Source of the DNA: an uncultured bacterium
GTDB lineage: Bacteria > Krumholzibacteriota > Krumholzibacteriia > Krumholzibacteriales > Krumholzibacteriaceae
DNA: 64,000 bases
Direction: 5' to 3'
Assembly: GCA_963786935.1 (NCBI GenBank)
Contig: CAWBAN010000003.1
Coordinates: 224,001-288,000, forward strand
Positions 38,316-52,611 of this stretch are shown here, piece after piece; the stretch's first letter is position 1; the number at the start of each line of letters is the position of its first letter. A program made the position numbers and the translations under genes. The notes below the pieces were generated by a model, which worked only from the letters and a program-made list of their open reading frames with translations, was not told the origin of the DNA and made no database searches.

Positions 38316-40415
38316 TTACTTCTTCGATTCCGTTTCCTCGAGACCGAGCCCGTAGCGATCGGCGATGTCGAGCGGCGGCAGGGGGCCGTCGAGCGGCTTC
38401 GCGTCGCGAACGTACCAATCGAACCAGTCGAGCGAGCGGTACAGGACATCGGCGCGCCCCGGCTGCTTCGCGTTCCCGTGTCCTTCCCCCGGATACTGCA
38501 CGAGGCGGACCGCCGGATGGCCGTTCATCTTGAGAATACGATAGAACTCGATGCTCTGTCCGGGATGCACGCGCGTGTCGGCCGCGCCGCCGAGGATGAG
38601 CACGGCAGTCTTGCTCTGGTGCGCCCAATAGAGGGGGCTCCGCTCGAGGCTCTGCTGCCACATCTCCTCGATCTTCTTTCCCGAATGCACGGAGAGCTCC
38701 TCGTACGGGATGTCGGTCGTGAGGCGCTTGCTCGTGAGGTCGCTGATGCCGACGAACATGCAGACCGCCTTGACCTTCTCCGTGTAGCGCGAGGCGAACC
38801 AGGCCGCCGCGTAGCCGCCGTAGGATCCGCCCGCGAGGCCCACGCGCGCCTTGTCGGCGACGCCGGCGGAGACGAGATAATCGATCCCGTCGGCGATGTC
38901 GTCGAATTCCCTGCCGGCCGCGTCGTTGTAGCCCGCGAGCGCGAAATCGAGCCCGTAGCCCGTGCTCGCGCGGTAGTTCGGGAGGAACACCGCGTAGCCC
39001 TTCCCGGCGAGAACCTGCGCGGGCTCGCTGTAGCGCGTCACCCAGCCGTTCGAGTAGTTTGATTCGGGCCCGCCGTGGACCATGACGGCGAGCGGATAGC
39101 GCATGCCGGCGTTGTAGCCGACCGGATAGACGAGGATGCCTTCGATCTCGAGCCCGTCGCGGGCGGGATACCGGATGACTTTCTGCTCGCCGAGCGCGCG
39201 GTCGGCGAGCCAGGGGTGAAGGTTCGTGAGCCTCTTCGGCTCCTTCGCGCCGGCGGTCCAGCAGAAGAGATCCCCCGGGATGCCGGGCGCGTTTCCGCCG
39301 AACGCGAACAGCTTGAAGCTCTTGGTGAAACTCGGGGAATCGAAGATGACCCCGGCGGTCTTCGCGTCGAGGATAACGGCGCGCTTGCCGCCGGCGGCGC
39401 TCACCGTGCTCAGGGTCGGATACGTTCCCTCGCCCGAGCGATAGACGATCGTGCCCGCATCCTTCCATCCCACCCACTCCACGTGGCCGCGGAAGTTCGG
39501 CTCGGTGAGATTTCTCGCCTCGCCTCCCGCCGCGGCGACGACGAAGAGCTGGCTGTCGGAGTGATCACGCAGCTCCTTCGCGGCATTGAAGGCGATATTC
39601 GCGCCGTCGGGGCTCCAGGCGAAACCGCCGAGCTTGCCGGGATTGTTCGTGAGCTGCCGTTTCGTTTTCGTCGCGGGATCGACGATCCAGATCTTCTGGA
39701 ACATGTATTGGTGGTCGACGAGATTCCGCGGGGAGATTCCCGCCGCGATCGACTTTCCGTCCGGGCTCCACTCGATGCTCCAGACGGCGCAGCCCTCGGT
39801 GATCCGCTCCGCCTCGCCGGCGCGGTCGCCGGCGCCGAGCTTCTGCACGTAGAGGTTCCGGTCCTTGAGGTTCTCCTCGAAGAAGACGAAGCCGTAGCCC
39901 TTCTTCTCGAGCTCCTTCTCGCGCTTCGACTGCGGCGTCGTCGCGACGTAGGCGATCGCGTCTCCCGCCGGGTGCCAGCGGAAGCTCGAGACGCTCGTCT
40001 CGGAGCTCGTGAGCTGCACGGACTCGCCTCCCCCCGCGGGGATCGCCCACACCTGCGTTTTCGCCTTCTCGCCGCGGGCCATGAGGAACCCCAGGCTCGA
40101 GCCGTCCGGTTTCCAGCGAATGCCGCTCACGTTGACCTTTCCCGTGATGAAGGGCTTCGATGCGCCGCCCGCGGAAGGCACGAGCCAGAGCTCGCCGTAG
40201 GCGCCGCCGGCCTCGTCCGTGAGGGCTCGCGGCACCGACACGACGTATGCGATCCAGGCCCCGTCCGCGCTGATCGCCGTCTCGGAGACGCGCTTGCACC
40301 CGAGCGCGTCCTCGGGGGTGAAGGGATTCGCCGCGCGCGCGGGCGGCGGAACGAGAACGAAAAGCGCGAGAATCGCGAACACGGCGATTCCCCGCATGAC
40401 GCTGCGATTGTTCAT
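38316..40415 (-). CDS. S9 family peptidase with beta-propeller
   Basis: Signal peptide; WSPDG repeats; HGGP, PNYRASTGYG, GGSYGG, DTRV, GEGHG. Confidence 0.92.
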   Translation of the reverse strand: MNNRSVMRGIAVFAILALFVLVPPPARAANPFTPEDALGCKRVSETAISADGAWIAYVVSVPRALTDEAGGAYGELWLVPSAGGASKPFITGKVNVSGIRWKPDGSSLGFLMARGEKAKTQVWAIPAGGGESVQLTSSETSVSSFRWHPAGDAIAYVATTPQSKREKELEKKGYGFVFFEENLKDRNLYVQKLGAGDRAGEAERITEGCAVWSIEWSPDGKSIAAGISPRNLVDHQYMFQKIWIVDPATKTKRQLTNNPGKLGGFAWSPDGANIAFNAAKELRDHSDSQLFVVAAAGGEARNLTEPNFRGHVEWVGWKDAGTIVYRSGEGTYPTLSTVSAAGGKRAVILDAKTAGVIFDSPSFTKSFKLFAFGGNAPGIPGDLFCWTAGAKEPKRLTNLHPWLADRALGEQKVIRYPARDGLEIEGILVYPVGYNAGMRYPLAVMVHGGPESNYSNGWVTRYSEPAQVLAGKGYAVFLPNYRASTGYGLDFALAGYNDAAGREFDDIADGIDYLVSAGVADKARVGLAGGSYGGYAAAWFASRYTEKVKAVCMFVGISDLTSKRLTTDIPYEELSVHSGKKIEEMWQQSLERSPLYWAHQSKTAVLILGGAADTRVHPGQSIEFYRILKMNGHPAVRLVQYPGEGHGNAKQPGRADVLYRSLDWFDWYVRDAKPLDGPLPPLDIADRYGLGLEETESKK

Positions 40416-40583
40416 GGAATCCTCCCTCGCCGGCGGAACTCATAGGCGCGCGTGACGACGCGCGTATGGAACTCATGTGCACGCAAGACAGTGCGCCCAT
40501 GATGCCTGAAGGCGGGCCGCTTGTAAATAGAATCTTGGATCGGCCCGGTGTCGCGATTCCTGCCGCCCGCGCCGCCGCGGCGC

Positions 40584-41789
40584 TCAATCCTTGCCGAAGA
40601 GGTAATGCCGCAGGATGTATTTCAGCTTGTAGAGGCGCATCGCCCAGATCGCCGTTCTCGATCCGGTGAACTCCCGCAGGATCAGGAGGAAGAACGCGGG
40701 ATCGATCGTGCGGATCGTGATCCCGCGCCATTGCCACGGAGAGCCGGCGCCGATCCTGTTGATCTCCCGCGGATTCTGTCCGACGGTGTTCGTTCGCTCG
40801 CGGTTCTGGTAGTGCGTCGTCGTCGCGAGGTACCCCGCCTCCTCGGCGAGGCGGAAGGTCGCGGGATTTCTGCCGCCGCCGGGCCAGCACAGGAACTCGA
40901 CCTTCACGCCGAGCTCCCGCTCGATGATCGAGCGCGACTCCGTGATCTCGGCGCGCACGCGGTCCTCGTACTCGCGATCCGTTTCCGTGCGATCGCGCCG
41001 GGGGCCGAAGTCCTTCGCGACGGCGAGCAGCTCATCGCGCCAGTCCGCCCGATCGAAGAACGCCGCGCCGCCGCCGCGCGCCACGTGCGCGACGAGACGC
41101 TCCGTGAGCGCTCCATCCTCGAAGTAGCGCTTCGCGGCGATCGATTTTTCGTGGCGGTAGATCGGCGTGCCGTACGGCACTTCGTCCTCGAGACGCGCCG
41201 TCATGTATTCGTATTTTCGATCGGGGCGGCGATTCCAGCCGAGCCACGGCGGCGGAACGTACCCGTCCGCGCCGCGGGGGCGATGGAAGTCAACGATCTC
41301 GGGACCGGCGTAGTACCACGTGTGCGTCTTCGCGTGGCTCTGGATCTCGACGGCGCCGCTCTCGATCATGATTCGCATCTCGGGCCACGAGAGAAAGCCG
41401 GTCACGGGAAGGTCCTTCTTCGACACGGCTCCCTTCCAGACGTCCTCGAGGTTCGGACGCGGCGTCGCGCAGGGATCGACGAAATCGGTCGTCATCCAGA
41501 TGACGGCGTGCCGGCCGTATTTCTTGAGAATGGGATAGGCGAACACCCAGTTGTCGAGATATCCGTCGTCGAAGGTGAGCACGATCGGCTTCTCGGGAAG
41601 CGGAGCGTCATTCGCCATATGATCGTGGAGAGCGCGCAGCGTGATCGTCGTCCAGCCTTTCGCCTCGAGCGCGCCCATCTGTCCCTCGAACACTTCCGCC
41701 GGCATGACGAGGTTGTTCCAGGGCCAGCCGGGTTTCAGGGGCCCGATCGAGTGGTACATGATGACGGGAACGCCTTTGACTCGCTTCAT
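40584..41789 (-). CDS. Polysaccharide deacetylase (NodB-like)
   Basis: PVIMYH, LTFDDGYLDN, QSHAKTH, LCWPGG. Confidence 0.88.
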   Translation of the reverse strand: MKRVKGVPVIMYHSIGPLKPGWPWNNLVMPAEVFEGQMGALEAKGWTTITLRALHDHMANDAPLPEKPIVLTFDDGYLDNWVFAYPILKKYGRHAVIWMTTDFVDPCATPRPNLEDVWKGAVSKKDLPVTGFLSWPEMRIMIESGAVEIQSHAKTHTWYYAGPEIVDFHRPRGADGYVPPPWLGWNRRPDRKYEYMTARLEDEVPYGTPIYRHEKSIAAKRYFEDGALTERLVAHVARGGGAAFFDRADWRDELLAVAKDFGPRRDRTETDREYEDRVRAEITESRSIIERELGVKVEFLCWPGGGRNPATFRLAEEAGYLATTTHYQNRERTNTVGQNPREINRIGAGSPWQWRGITIRTIDPAFFLLILREFTGSRTAIWAMRLYKLKYILRHYLFGKD

Positions 41790-41956
41790 CGAAGCCGGAC
41801 GCTAGCGGAACACCGGGAAAAAATCAATTGAACTTTCGGCGGCGAACGCCAACAATGGAACACCGCGATTGGAGCGGGCTCCGGCGGGCCGCGGGCGCGG
41901 ATTCCGGAGCATCGAGCGTGCAGACGGCACCGAACCGCAACGGGAGGTAATCCCCC

Positions 41957-43930
41957 ATGGCAGAGGAACACACGAAGCTTCATCCGGCGGCCTTCCGCGA
42001 GCTGAAGGCCGGCGAGACGTACGAGCCGATCGTGCCGGCGTCGCAGTCGGCGCTCGAGGTCACGATCCGCTCGGTCGGAATCGGGCTCGTCATGGCGGTC
42101 ATCTTCTCGCTCGCCTCGGCGTATCTCGCCCTCAAGGCGGGGCAGGGGATGGAGCCCGCGATTCCGATCGCGATCCTCGCCGTCGGCATGGCGGGGCTCT
42201 TCGCGCGACGGAGCACGATTCTCGAAAACGTCATCATTCAGTCGGTCGGCGCGGCCTCGGGGGCCGTCGTGGCGGGCGCGGTCTTCACGATCCCTGCCCT
42301 CTACATGATCGGGCTCGAGGTTTCGTTCTGGCACATCTTCCTGACCGCGTTCTTCGGCGGTTGCCTCGGCGTCTTCTTCCTCATCCCGCTGCGGCAGTTC
42401 CTCATGGTCAAGGAGCACGGGAAGCTTCCGTTCCCCGAGGCGATGGCGACGACCGAGATCCTCGTGACGGGGGAGGGAGCGGGCTCGCAGGCGAAGATCC
42501 TCATCTGGAGCGCATCGGTCGCGTTCCTTTTCGACCTCTGCGTGCTCGCCTTCGGCCTCTGGCGCGAGATCATCACCTTCCACTCGGTGAAGTTCGGCGC
42601 CTGGCTCGAGAACCGCTTCTCGATGGCCTTCCGCGTCGACGGGCTCGCCGCGATCGTGGGGCTCGGCTACATCGTCGGGCTCAAGTACGCCTCGATCATC
42701 GCGTCCGGAAGCTTCCTCTCGTATCTCGTGTTCATCCCGTTCGTCAAGTTCATCGGCGGGCACCTCACGGGGATCATTCCGCCGGGGACGGTCCCGATCG
42801 CCGAGATGGGCGTCAACGACATCTTCTCGAATTACGTGCGGCTCATCGGCATCGGCGGCATCGCGGGGGCCGGCATCATGGGAATCATCCGGAGCTTCCC
42901 GTCGATCGTGCAGTCGTTCAGCATCGGGATCAAGGGGATCGCCGCCACCCGCGAGGGGCACGGCGACATCCCGCGGACGGACCGTAACATCCACATGCGT
43001 GACGTGCTCATCGGCATCGCCGCCGTCGCGGTGTGTCTCTTCATCTTCTTCCGGACCGGCCTCACCGGCACCGCGGTCGGACTCGTCGGCGTCGCGATCG
43101 CGCTCGTCATCTCCTTCCTCTTCACGCTCGTCGCCGCGCGGGCGATCGGCCTCATCGGGACGAACCCCGTTTCGGGGATGACGCTCGTCACGCTCATCAT
43201 CACGAGCGTGATTCTCGCGCGGATGGGGCTCTCGGGCGAGTCGGGCATGTTCGTCGCGCTCATCATCGGGGGCGTCGTCTGCACGGCGCTTGCCGTGGCG
43301 GGGGCCTTCGCCACCGATCTCAAGATCGGCTACTGGATCGGCTCGACGCCGCGCAACCAGCAGGCGTTCAAGTTCGCCGGCGTGCTCGTCTCGGCGGCGG
43401 CGTGCGCCTTCGCGATGATGCTCCTCGGGAGCACCTACGAGTTCGGCTCGCAGCAAATGCCTGCCCCGCAGGCCTCGGCGATGCGCGAGATCATCGTCGG
43501 GCTCATGGGGGGAGGCGCGGGGGTCCAGTGGATCCTCTTCGCCTTCGGCGTCATCATCTCGGTGATCCTCGCCCTCGTCGGCGTTCCGGCGCTCGCCTTC
43601 GCGCTCGGGATGTACCTGCCGATCCAGCTCAACACGGCGGTGCTCCTCGGCGGCTTCATCGCCTACCTCGTCGGCAAGAGCTCGAAGGACGAGAAGATCG
43701 CCAAAGAGCACGGGGAACGCGGCGTGCTCGTCGCCTCAGGATACATCGCCGGCGGCTCGATCGCGGGGGTCGTCGCGGCGGTCATCGCGGCCGCCGGCCT
43801 GCAGGCGCGGCTCACGGTGCCGTGGCCGGGCACGACGCTCGATTCGTGGGGGGAGATACTCGCGATCGTCATGGTCGTGCTCCTTTCGGTGTTCATGTAC
43901 CGGTACTCGACGAGGAGCAGCCGTGCATAG
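41957..43930 (+). CDS. OPT family oligopeptide transporter
   Basis: YLALKAG, ILENVIIQ, FPEAMA, TNPVSGM, DLKIGYWIG, PAPQA, ALGMYLP; many TMs; SD GGAGG. Confidence 0.93.
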   Translation: MAEEHTKLHPAAFRELKAGETYEPIVPASQSALEVTIRSVGIGLVMAVIFSLASAYLALKAGQGMEPAIPIAILAVGMAGLFARRSTILENVIIQSVGAASGAVVAGAVFTIPALYMIGLEVSFWHIFLTAFFGGCLGVFFLIPLRQFLMVKEHGKLPFPEAMATTEILVTGEGAGSQAKILIWSASVAFLFDLCVLAFGLWREIITFHSVKFGAWLENRFSMAFRVDGLAAIVGLGYIVGLKYASIIASGSFLSYLVFIPFVKFIGGHLTGIIPPGTVPIAEMGVNDIFSNYVRLIGIGGIAGAGIMGIIRSFPSIVQSFSIGIKGIAATREGHGDIPRTDRNIHMRDVLIGIAAVAVCLFIFFRTGLTGTAVGLVGVAIALVISFLFTLVAARAIGLIGTNPVSGMTLVTLIITSVILARMGLSGESGMFVALIIGGVVCTALAVAGAFATDLKIGYWIGSTPRNQQAFKFAGVLVSAAACAFAMMLLGSTYEFGSQQMPAPQASAMREIIVGLMGGGAGVQWILFAFGVIISVILALVGVPALAFALGMYLPIQLNTAVLLGGFIAYLVGKSSKDEKIAKEHGERGVLVASGYIAGGSIAGVVAAVIAAAGLQARLTVPWPGTTLDSWGEILAIVMVVLLSVFMYRYSTRSSRA

Positions 43931-43945
43931 CGATTCGGGCGGGCG

Positions 43946-44674
43946 ATGAAGCGCGATCCGGAGAATCCGACCTACGACCACACGCTGGACACGCTGTGCT
44001 CCGAGTCGGGGTACAAGTTCCAGCGGGAGAAGTACGGGCCCAAGCTCGCCTTTATGAAGCGGCACTTCGGCGAGCGGTTTCCTTCGATCGCGCTTCTCGA
44101 CGTCGGCGTCGGATACGGCGTCTTCCTCAAGATAGCGGGGGAGGACTTCGGCCTTCGAAACCTCCGCGGCATGGATCCCTATCCCAATTCGATCGAGATC
44201 GCCAGAAAGATGACGCCGGCTCGCATCGAGCGCGGTGATCTCCTCGAGAGGACATGGCCGTTCGAGGAGCGCTCATTCGACGTCATCACGTGCTTCGACG
44301 TGCTCGAGCATCTCGAGAAGCCGGACGAGTTTTTCAAGAACGCCCGGCGCTACCTCAAGAGCGGCGGCATCGTCATCATCTCGACGCCGAACAAGGGGCT
44401 GCCGTATCGCATGCGCTCGATCCCGCTCATCGGATTCCCCGACACGAATCCGACGCACATCAACGTGCAGCCCCCCTCGTACTGGAAGGCGGCCGCGGCG
44501 CGGAACGGCTACGAGGTCGTCGCGTCGTGGAAGGGGGAGTATCTCACCCACATCAGGCTCGTTCCCAAGATCCTCGCGGCGCTCTGCGCGGCGTTCAGGA
44601 TCGACGCGCGGAAGGCGCCGCTCGTGAATTCCTTCGAGCAGGCGTTCGTCATGGTCGCACGGCCGGTCGGCTGA
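43946..44674 (+). CDS. Class I SAM-dependent methyltransferase
   Basis: LLDVGVGYG, FDVITCFDVLEHL, ISTPN, THIN. Confidence 0.88.
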   Translation: MKRDPENPTYDHTLDTLCSESGYKFQREKYGPKLAFMKRHFGERFPSIALLDVGVGYGVFLKIAGEDFGLRNLRGMDPYPNSIEIARKMTPARIERGDLLERTWPFEERSFDVITCFDVLEHLEKPDEFFKNARRYLKSGGIVIISTPNKGLPYRMRSIPLIGFPDTNPTHINVQPPSYWKAAAARNGYEVVASWKGEYLTHIRLVPKILAALCAAFRIDARKAPLVNSFEQAFVMVARPVG

Positions 44675-44717
44675 CGCATCCCCCAGGAAATCCCCGCCAA
44701 TAACGGCAAATAGCGAA

Positions 44718-44746
44718 TTGACTGCGCCGCCCGATGGTGCTACGGT
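44718..44746 (+). promoter_or_regulatory. Sigma70-type promoter for the kinase array
   Basis: TTGACT-17 bp-TACGGT with TG extension. Confidence 0.5.
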
Positions 44747-44811
44747 GATTGCAAGGGGCAATCAACTCATCAATTGAAGAGACGTCCATTGGCCACCGGG
44801 AGGTGCCCCCA

Positions 44812-47415
44812 ATGGTCGGCAAAACGATTTCGCATTACAAGATTCTCGAGAAGCTCGGCGAGGGGGGCATGGGCGTGGTCTACAAGGCCCATGACACCAA
44901 GCTCGATCGGGTCGTCGCCCTCAAGTTTCTCCCGCACTATCTGACGAGCGATTCGATCGAAAAGGAGCGTTTCTACCACGAGGCGCGCGCCGCGAGCGCG
45001 CTCCTGCATGGAAACATCGCGGTGGTGTTCGAAATCAACGAGCATGACGGTCAGGTGTTCATCGCGATGGAGTACGTCGAGGGGCGGACGCTGAAGCAGG
45101 TCATCGCGGAGGATGCGCTCCCGCTCAAGAGCGTTCTCGACATCGCGATTCAGGTGTGCGACGGCCTCGCCGCGGCGCACGAGAAGGGGATCGTGCACCG
45201 CGACATCAAGAGCGAGAACATCATGGTAACGCCGAAGGGGCAGCCGAAGATCACCGACTTCGGCCTCGCGAAGGTGAAGGGGGCGACGAAGCTCACGAAG
45301 GAAGGCTCGACGCTCGGCACGGCGGCGTACATGTCCCCGGAGCAGGCGCGCGGCGAAGCGGTCGATCATCGCTCCGATCTCTTCTCGTTCGGGGTCGTGC
45401 TGTACGAGATGCTCACGGGGAGGCTCCCGTTCGGCGGCGAGCACCAGGCGGCGCTTCTCTACTCGATCATGAACGATGAGCCCCAGCCGATCGCGCGTTT
45501 CAACGAGAAGACGACGCCCGAGATCGAGCACATCGTCGCGAAAGCCCTCGAGAAGGACCGGGACGACCGCTACCAGCACGCCGACGAGATGCTCGCCGAT
45601 CTTCGGCGCGAGCGGAAAAGGATCGACTACGTGAAGACGGGGCAGGTCTCGACCGCGCCGATCGCCAAATCGCGCGCCGCGTCGCGACGTCGGCTGCTCG
45701 TTCTCGGCGCCGTTGCGGCAGCGCTCATCATACTCATCGGCGCTTCCTCCGTGATCGTATCGAAGCGGGCGGGACGGGTCGTGCTCAATCCGGACATGAG
45801 CTTCCGGACGCTCCCGATACCCTTCACGGAAATCGGCACCCCTGGGCTCTCCCGCGACGGGGCCTGGGCGGCGTTTCCCGCTCCCGACGAGCGCGGCAGG
45901 TACGACGTCTATTTCATGAATACGGCATCGGGAGAATCGCGGCGCATCACGTCCGATTCGAGCTTCTTCATGGCCAGCGCTGACATATCCCCCGACGGAG
46001 GCCAGGTCGTCTACGACAGGCCGGAGTCCGCCGGAGGACGCCATCCCGAAATCGCCGTCGTTTCCTCCGTGGGGGGGGCGAGCAGGGTGATCGTCGCCAG
46101 AGGATGGTTCCCGCGATGGCGCCCCGACGGTCAGCGAATCGGATATGTGACCGACAAGGATGCCGGGAGCAAGTCCGGAAAGGCCGAGTTCCACACCGTT
46201 CGGCCGAACGGAACCGATGATCGCGTGGAGCTGATCGACAGCACATCGGCCGTGGGGCGGAATTATTCGTGGTCGCCTGACGGCCGCTCGGTCTGCTGGA
46301 TCAGGAATGTCTCGCAGCACCAACAGGAGCTTGCGGTGCACGAGCTCTCCACGGGAAAGTCGCAGCAGATCACCTTCGACAAGAAGGACATCCGCGAAGT
46401 ATGCTGGGCGTCCAACGGACGGATCATCTTCTCCTCGAATAGGACGGGCAACTTCAACCTCTGGATGATCTCCCCCTCGGGGGGCGCCGAAACCCAGATC
46501 ACCAAGGGAGCGGGCCCCGATAACTCAATAGCGATATGCAGGGATGGCTCGAAGCTTCTCTATCGTCAGGAGCAGACCATCGGCCACATCTGGATCGCAG
46601 GAACGGACGGATCGAATCCACGCCAGATCACCTTCGACGACGTGTACCTCTGGAGGGTCGCCTTCACCCCCGACGCAAAGAAGGTGCTGTTCGGGCTCGT
46701 TCAACCGGGCGGCTCGAACTGGGGATCGGCCGTGTGCTCGATAGACCGGGACGGTAAGAACCGGAAACGACTGACCTCGGGCGATGAAAAGGTGAACAAT
46801 CCGCTGCCCTCTCCCGACGGCCGATGGATCATCTACGGCAGGAATGCGATCGACGAGCCGTCCGATTCGTCGAGAGTCTATCTCATCGGCGCCGTAAACC
46901 CCGGCACACCGAGACTCATCGGCACGGGAAGCCCGTCGCGCTGGATCGACGAGAAGAGATTCCTGGCATGGGACTTCGGCATCACGTGCAACCGGCTCCA
47001 CAGCATCGACGGCGGAGAGCCGATGAAGTTCTTCGAAGACTCGACCGACGCGTATCCTCTCCAGGGAGGGAAGTACATCGGGTATTGGGATAGCCACTAC
47101 GGACGAGAGGGCTTCTGGGTTTGCGCGGCGCCCGGAGCGAAGGACGCGCGCCTCCCGTCACCGAAGCGAATCATCCAGCCGATGTTATTCGCCGAGCTCG
47201 ACAAGAGCGGCGAATACATCTATTACGTGGAAAACACGGGCGAGCTTCAGCGAATCTCCATCCCTTCCGGAAGGAAAGAGACCATCCGGGGAGTGTTTCC
47301 CGGGCTGACCGCGTGGAATTCATGGTTCGACATCAGCTATGACGGAAAGGAGATCGTCTACACGGACGGACGGCCGAACTGCAAGCTCATCATGATCGAG
47401 AAGCCGTTCAAGTAG
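44812..47415 (+). CDS. Hanks-type Ser/Thr kinase, TM, TolB/PD40 beta-propeller
   Basis: [43 protein letters not shown] repeats; ATG 44812 behind GGAGG. Confidence 0.93.
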   Translation: MVGKTISHYKILEKLGEGGMGVVYKAHDTKLDRVVALKFLPHYLTSDSIEKERFYHEARAASALLHGNIAVVFEINEHDGQVFIAMEYVEGRTLKQVIAEDALPLKSVLDIAIQVCDGLAAAHEKGIVHRDIKSENIMVTPKGQPKITDFGLAKVKGATKLTKEGSTLGTAAYMSPEQARGEAVDHRSDLFSFGVVLYEMLTGRLPFGGEHQAALLYSIMNDEPQPIARFNEKTTPEIEHIVAKALEKDRDDRYQHADEMLADLRRERKRIDYVKTGQVSTAPIAKSRAASRRRLLVLGAVAAALIILIGASSVIVSKRAGRVVLNPDMSFRTLPIPFTEIGTPGLSRDGAWAAFPAPDERGRYDVYFMNTASGESRRITSDSSFFMASADISPDGGQVVYDRPESAGGRHPEIAVVSSVGGASRVIVARGWFPRWRPDGQRIGYVTDKDAGSKSGKAEFHTVRPNGTDDRVELIDSTSAVGRNYSWSPDGRSVCWIRNVSQHQQELAVHELSTGKSQQITFDKKDIREVCWASNGRIIFSSNRTGNFNLWMISPSGGAETQITKGAGPDNSIAICRDGSKLLYRQEQTIGHIWIAGTDGSNPRQITFDDVYLWRVAFTPDAKKVLFGLVQPGGSNWGSAVCSIDRDGKNRKRLTSGDEKVNNPLPSPDGRWIIYGRNAIDEPSDSSRVYLIGAVNPGTPRLIGTGSPSRWIDEKRFLAWDFGITCNRLHSIDGGEPMKFFEDSTDAYPLQGGKYIGYWDSHYGREGFWVCAAPGAKDARLPSPKRIIQPMLFAELDKSGEYIYYVENTGELQRISIPSGRKETIRGVFPGLTAWNSWFDISYDGKEIVYTDGRPNCKLIMIEKPFK

Positions 47416-47425
47416 GCGAGTGCGT

Positions 47426-50137
47426 ATGATTGGTCGAACAGTATCGCACTACATGATCCTCGAGAAGCTCGGCGAAGGGGGGATGGGGGTCGTCTACCGC
47501 GCCCATGACACCAAGCTCGATCGGGACGTCGCGCTGAAGTTCCTGCCCCCGGAGCTCACGAAGGATCCGATTGCGAGGGAACGTCTCGTCCACGAAGCCA
47601 GAGCCGCCTCTGCCTTGGCTCATCCCAACGTCTGCGCGATTCATGATATCCAGGATTATGAGAATCAAATGTTCATCGTCATGGACTACGTCGACGGCCG
47701 GATGCTCCGCGAGAAGCTGGGCTCCCTCGGATACAAGCAGGCCATCGATATCGCGATCCAGGTCGCGGAAGGGCTGGCTGCGGCGCACGAGAAGGGCATC
47801 GTGCATAGAGACATCAAGCCCGAGAACATCATGATCCGCAGGGACGGTATCGCCCAGATCATGGATTTCGGGCTCGCGAAGCTGAGGGGCACGGTGACCC
47901 GGCTCACGAAGGAGGGGAGCACCGTCGGAACCGCGGGGTACATGTCCCCCGAGCAGGTGCAGGGGCAGGAGACCGATCACCGATCGGACGTCTTCTCGTT
48001 CGGGGTGGTGCTGTACGAGCTGCTCACGGGGCAGCCGCCGTTCAAGGGAGTTCATGATACCGCCCTCGCGTACGAGATCGTGAACGTGGATCCGGCGCCG
48101 ATGACGTCGATCAAGCCGGAAATCGATCCCCAGCTCGATGCGATCGTGCTCGAGTGTCTGGAGAAGGATCCGCGGGAGAGGACGCAGTCGATGGCGCAGG
48201 TTGCCGTCGATCTCAAGAAGTACAAACGCGACACGAGCCGGCAGCGGGCGAGCCGCATCACGGCGGCACGTCAGGTGCCGAAGCCTTCCGAGGAGCCTCA
48301 CCTCCTTGAAGCTTCTCGGGCCTCGAGAAGGCCTTCCGTCGTGTGGATCGCTCTGCCGCTGCTCTTCCTCGCCGCCGCGGTGACGTTCGGGACTCTGTAT
48401 TTCAAGCGTCCATCCCCGGAAGTCAGGACCGTCTGGTCCTCGATTCTTCCCCCGGAAGGGCAGTCGTTCGCCACGGGATCGGTCGGAATCGGCGGAGGCC
48501 ATCTGGCGCTTTCGCCGGACGGGAGCATGCTCGCGATCGTCGCCGTGGATTCATTGAGCAAGACGCGTCTCATGGTGAGAGCGCTGGGCGCGCCCGCGAT
48601 GAAGGAGCTTGCCGGGACGGAGGGGGCGACTTATCCCTTCTGGTCTCCCGATAGCCGCTCCATAGGGTTCTTCCAATCGGGGAAGATGAAGAAGATCGAA
48701 GCGGCGGGTGGACCTCCGATGACCATCTGTGATGCGGTGGAGGGTCGTGGCGGGTCGTGGAATCAAGATGGTGTGATCATCTTCTCGGGCGCGGGGGACC
48801 CCATCTATCGAGTCCCCGCCGCGGGAGGCGCCGTGGCTGCCGTGACGAAGCTCGATACGAGCCGCAGCGAGAAGACGCATCGGTGGCCCTGCTTTCTGCC
48901 CGATGGCAGGCACTTTCTCTATTTCTCGCGCACGACCTCGGGCGGCGTCGAGCGGGAGGAAGATGCCGTCTTCGTCGCTTCGTTGGACGGCGCGGTCAAC
49001 AAGCGATTGATGCATGCGAAAGGAAATGTCGTGTGCGCATGCGGCTATCTGGTCTATCTCCGAGAGAAGACCCTCATGGCTCAGCCGTTCGATCTCCGCA
49101 CGCTCGAACTCTCGGGCGACGCGGTTCCTCTCGCAGAGCCGATCGCGTACGATATCGGATACAATCGCGCGGTCTTCTCGGTGTCACCGAAAGGCGTATT
49201 GGTCTTTCAAGCAGGAAACGAACGATCGGGACTCCAGCTCGAGTGGTTCGACCGCACCGGGAAGTCGCTGGGGAAGATCGCCGAACCGATGAGGTATTCC
49301 TACGCCGCGCTCTCTCCCGATGGAAGGAAGCTCGCAATCGATCTTGTCGATCCATTGTCAGGAAACATGGACATCTGGATCTATGACTTGGCGCGGGGAA
49401 TCAAGACACGATTCACATCCGATCCTTCAGAGGATCTGTATGCGGTTTGGTCGCCCGACGGGAGCCGCCTTGTCTTCAGCTCGGCTCGAAGAGGGCATGT
49501 CGATCTCTTTCTGAAATCGTCGAGCGGCGCCGGCGCCGAGGAGATTCTCCTCGAATCCCCCGTGGACAAGTATGCATTCGATTGGTCCCTCGACGGAAGG
49601 TTCATTGCGTACGCCGATATCAGCAAACGAGAGAGCTTGTGGATTCTTCCGGTTGGGGGAGATCGAAGGCCGTTTGTATTTCTCCAGGCCGCTTTCAACG
49701 GGGATTTGCCTCAGTTCTCTCCCGATATGCGCTGGATCGCCTACCAGTCCGATGAGTCCCAAACCTGGGAGCTGTACATACGCCCGTTCATCGGCGCGGA
49801 TGGAAGCCCGATCAGTCGTCAAACGGGGCAGTGGCAGGTGTCCACGGATGGTGTCGCCCTCAACTCTCCTCCCAAATGGAATCGAAACGGGAGGGAGCTG
49901 TTCTATCTGTCGAGTGACAACAGGCTGATGGCTGCGGAAATCGCCGTGAACGGTCAGGCGTGCGATGTGGGCGCCGTGCGGCCGCTCTTCGACTTGAAGG
50001 AGGCCGGGGGAGGCGTGTACTTCGCGGGCGTCAGCGCGGATGGGCAGAAGTTTCTCCTGGGGATCCAGGTCGGCGTGCGATCAGTCCCGGCGCTCACTCT
50101 CGTTACGAACTGGGATGCGGAGCTGAAGAGGAAATGA
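47426..50137 (+). CDS. Hanks-type Ser/Thr kinase, TM, TolB/PD40 beta-propeller
   Basis: HRDIKPEN, DFG, YMSPEQ; TM; PFWSPD, FLPDG, WSPDG repeats; LVTNW terminus. Confidence 0.93.
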   Translation: MIGRTVSHYMILEKLGEGGMGVVYRAHDTKLDRDVALKFLPPELTKDPIARERLVHEARAASALAHPNVCAIHDIQDYENQMFIVMDYVDGRMLREKLGSLGYKQAIDIAIQVAEGLAAAHEKGIVHRDIKPENIMIRRDGIAQIMDFGLAKLRGTVTRLTKEGSTVGTAGYMSPEQVQGQETDHRSDVFSFGVVLYELLTGQPPFKGVHDTALAYEIVNVDPAPMTSIKPEIDPQLDAIVLECLEKDPRERTQSMAQVAVDLKKYKRDTSRQRASRITAARQVPKPSEEPHLLEASRASRRPSVVWIALPLLFLAAAVTFGTLYFKRPSPEVRTVWSSILPPEGQSFATGSVGIGGGHLALSPDGSMLAIVAVDSLSKTRLMVRALGAPAMKELAGTEGATYPFWSPDSRSIGFFQSGKMKKIEAAGGPPMTICDAVEGRGGSWNQDGVIIFSGAGDPIYRVPAAGGAVAAVTKLDTSRSEKTHRWPCFLPDGRHFLYFSRTTSGGVEREEDAVFVASLDGAVNKRLMHAKGNVVCACGYLVYLREKTLMAQPFDLRTLELSGDAVPLAEPIAYDIGYNRAVFSVSPKGVLVFQAGNERSGLQLEWFDRTGKSLGKIAEPMRYSYAALSPDGRKLAIDLVDPLSGNMDIWIYDLARGIKTRFTSDPSEDLYAVWSPDGSRLVFSSARRGHVDLFLKSSSGAGAEEILLESPVDKYAFDWSLDGRFIAYADISKRESLWILPVGGDRRPFVFLQAAFNGDLPQFSPDMRWIAYQSDESQTWELYIRPFIGADGSPISRQTGQWQVSTDGVALNSPPKWNRNGRELFYLSSDNRLMAAEIAVNGQACDVGAVRPLFDLKEAGGGVYFAGVSADGQKFLLGIQVGVRSVPALTLVTNWDAELKRK

Positions 50138-50184
50138 AAGGGAAGTAAGGATCTCTCGTTGTACATCTCCACAGGAACGACGGC

Positions 50185-52607
<2,423 letters not shown>

Positions 52608-52611
<4 letters not shown>
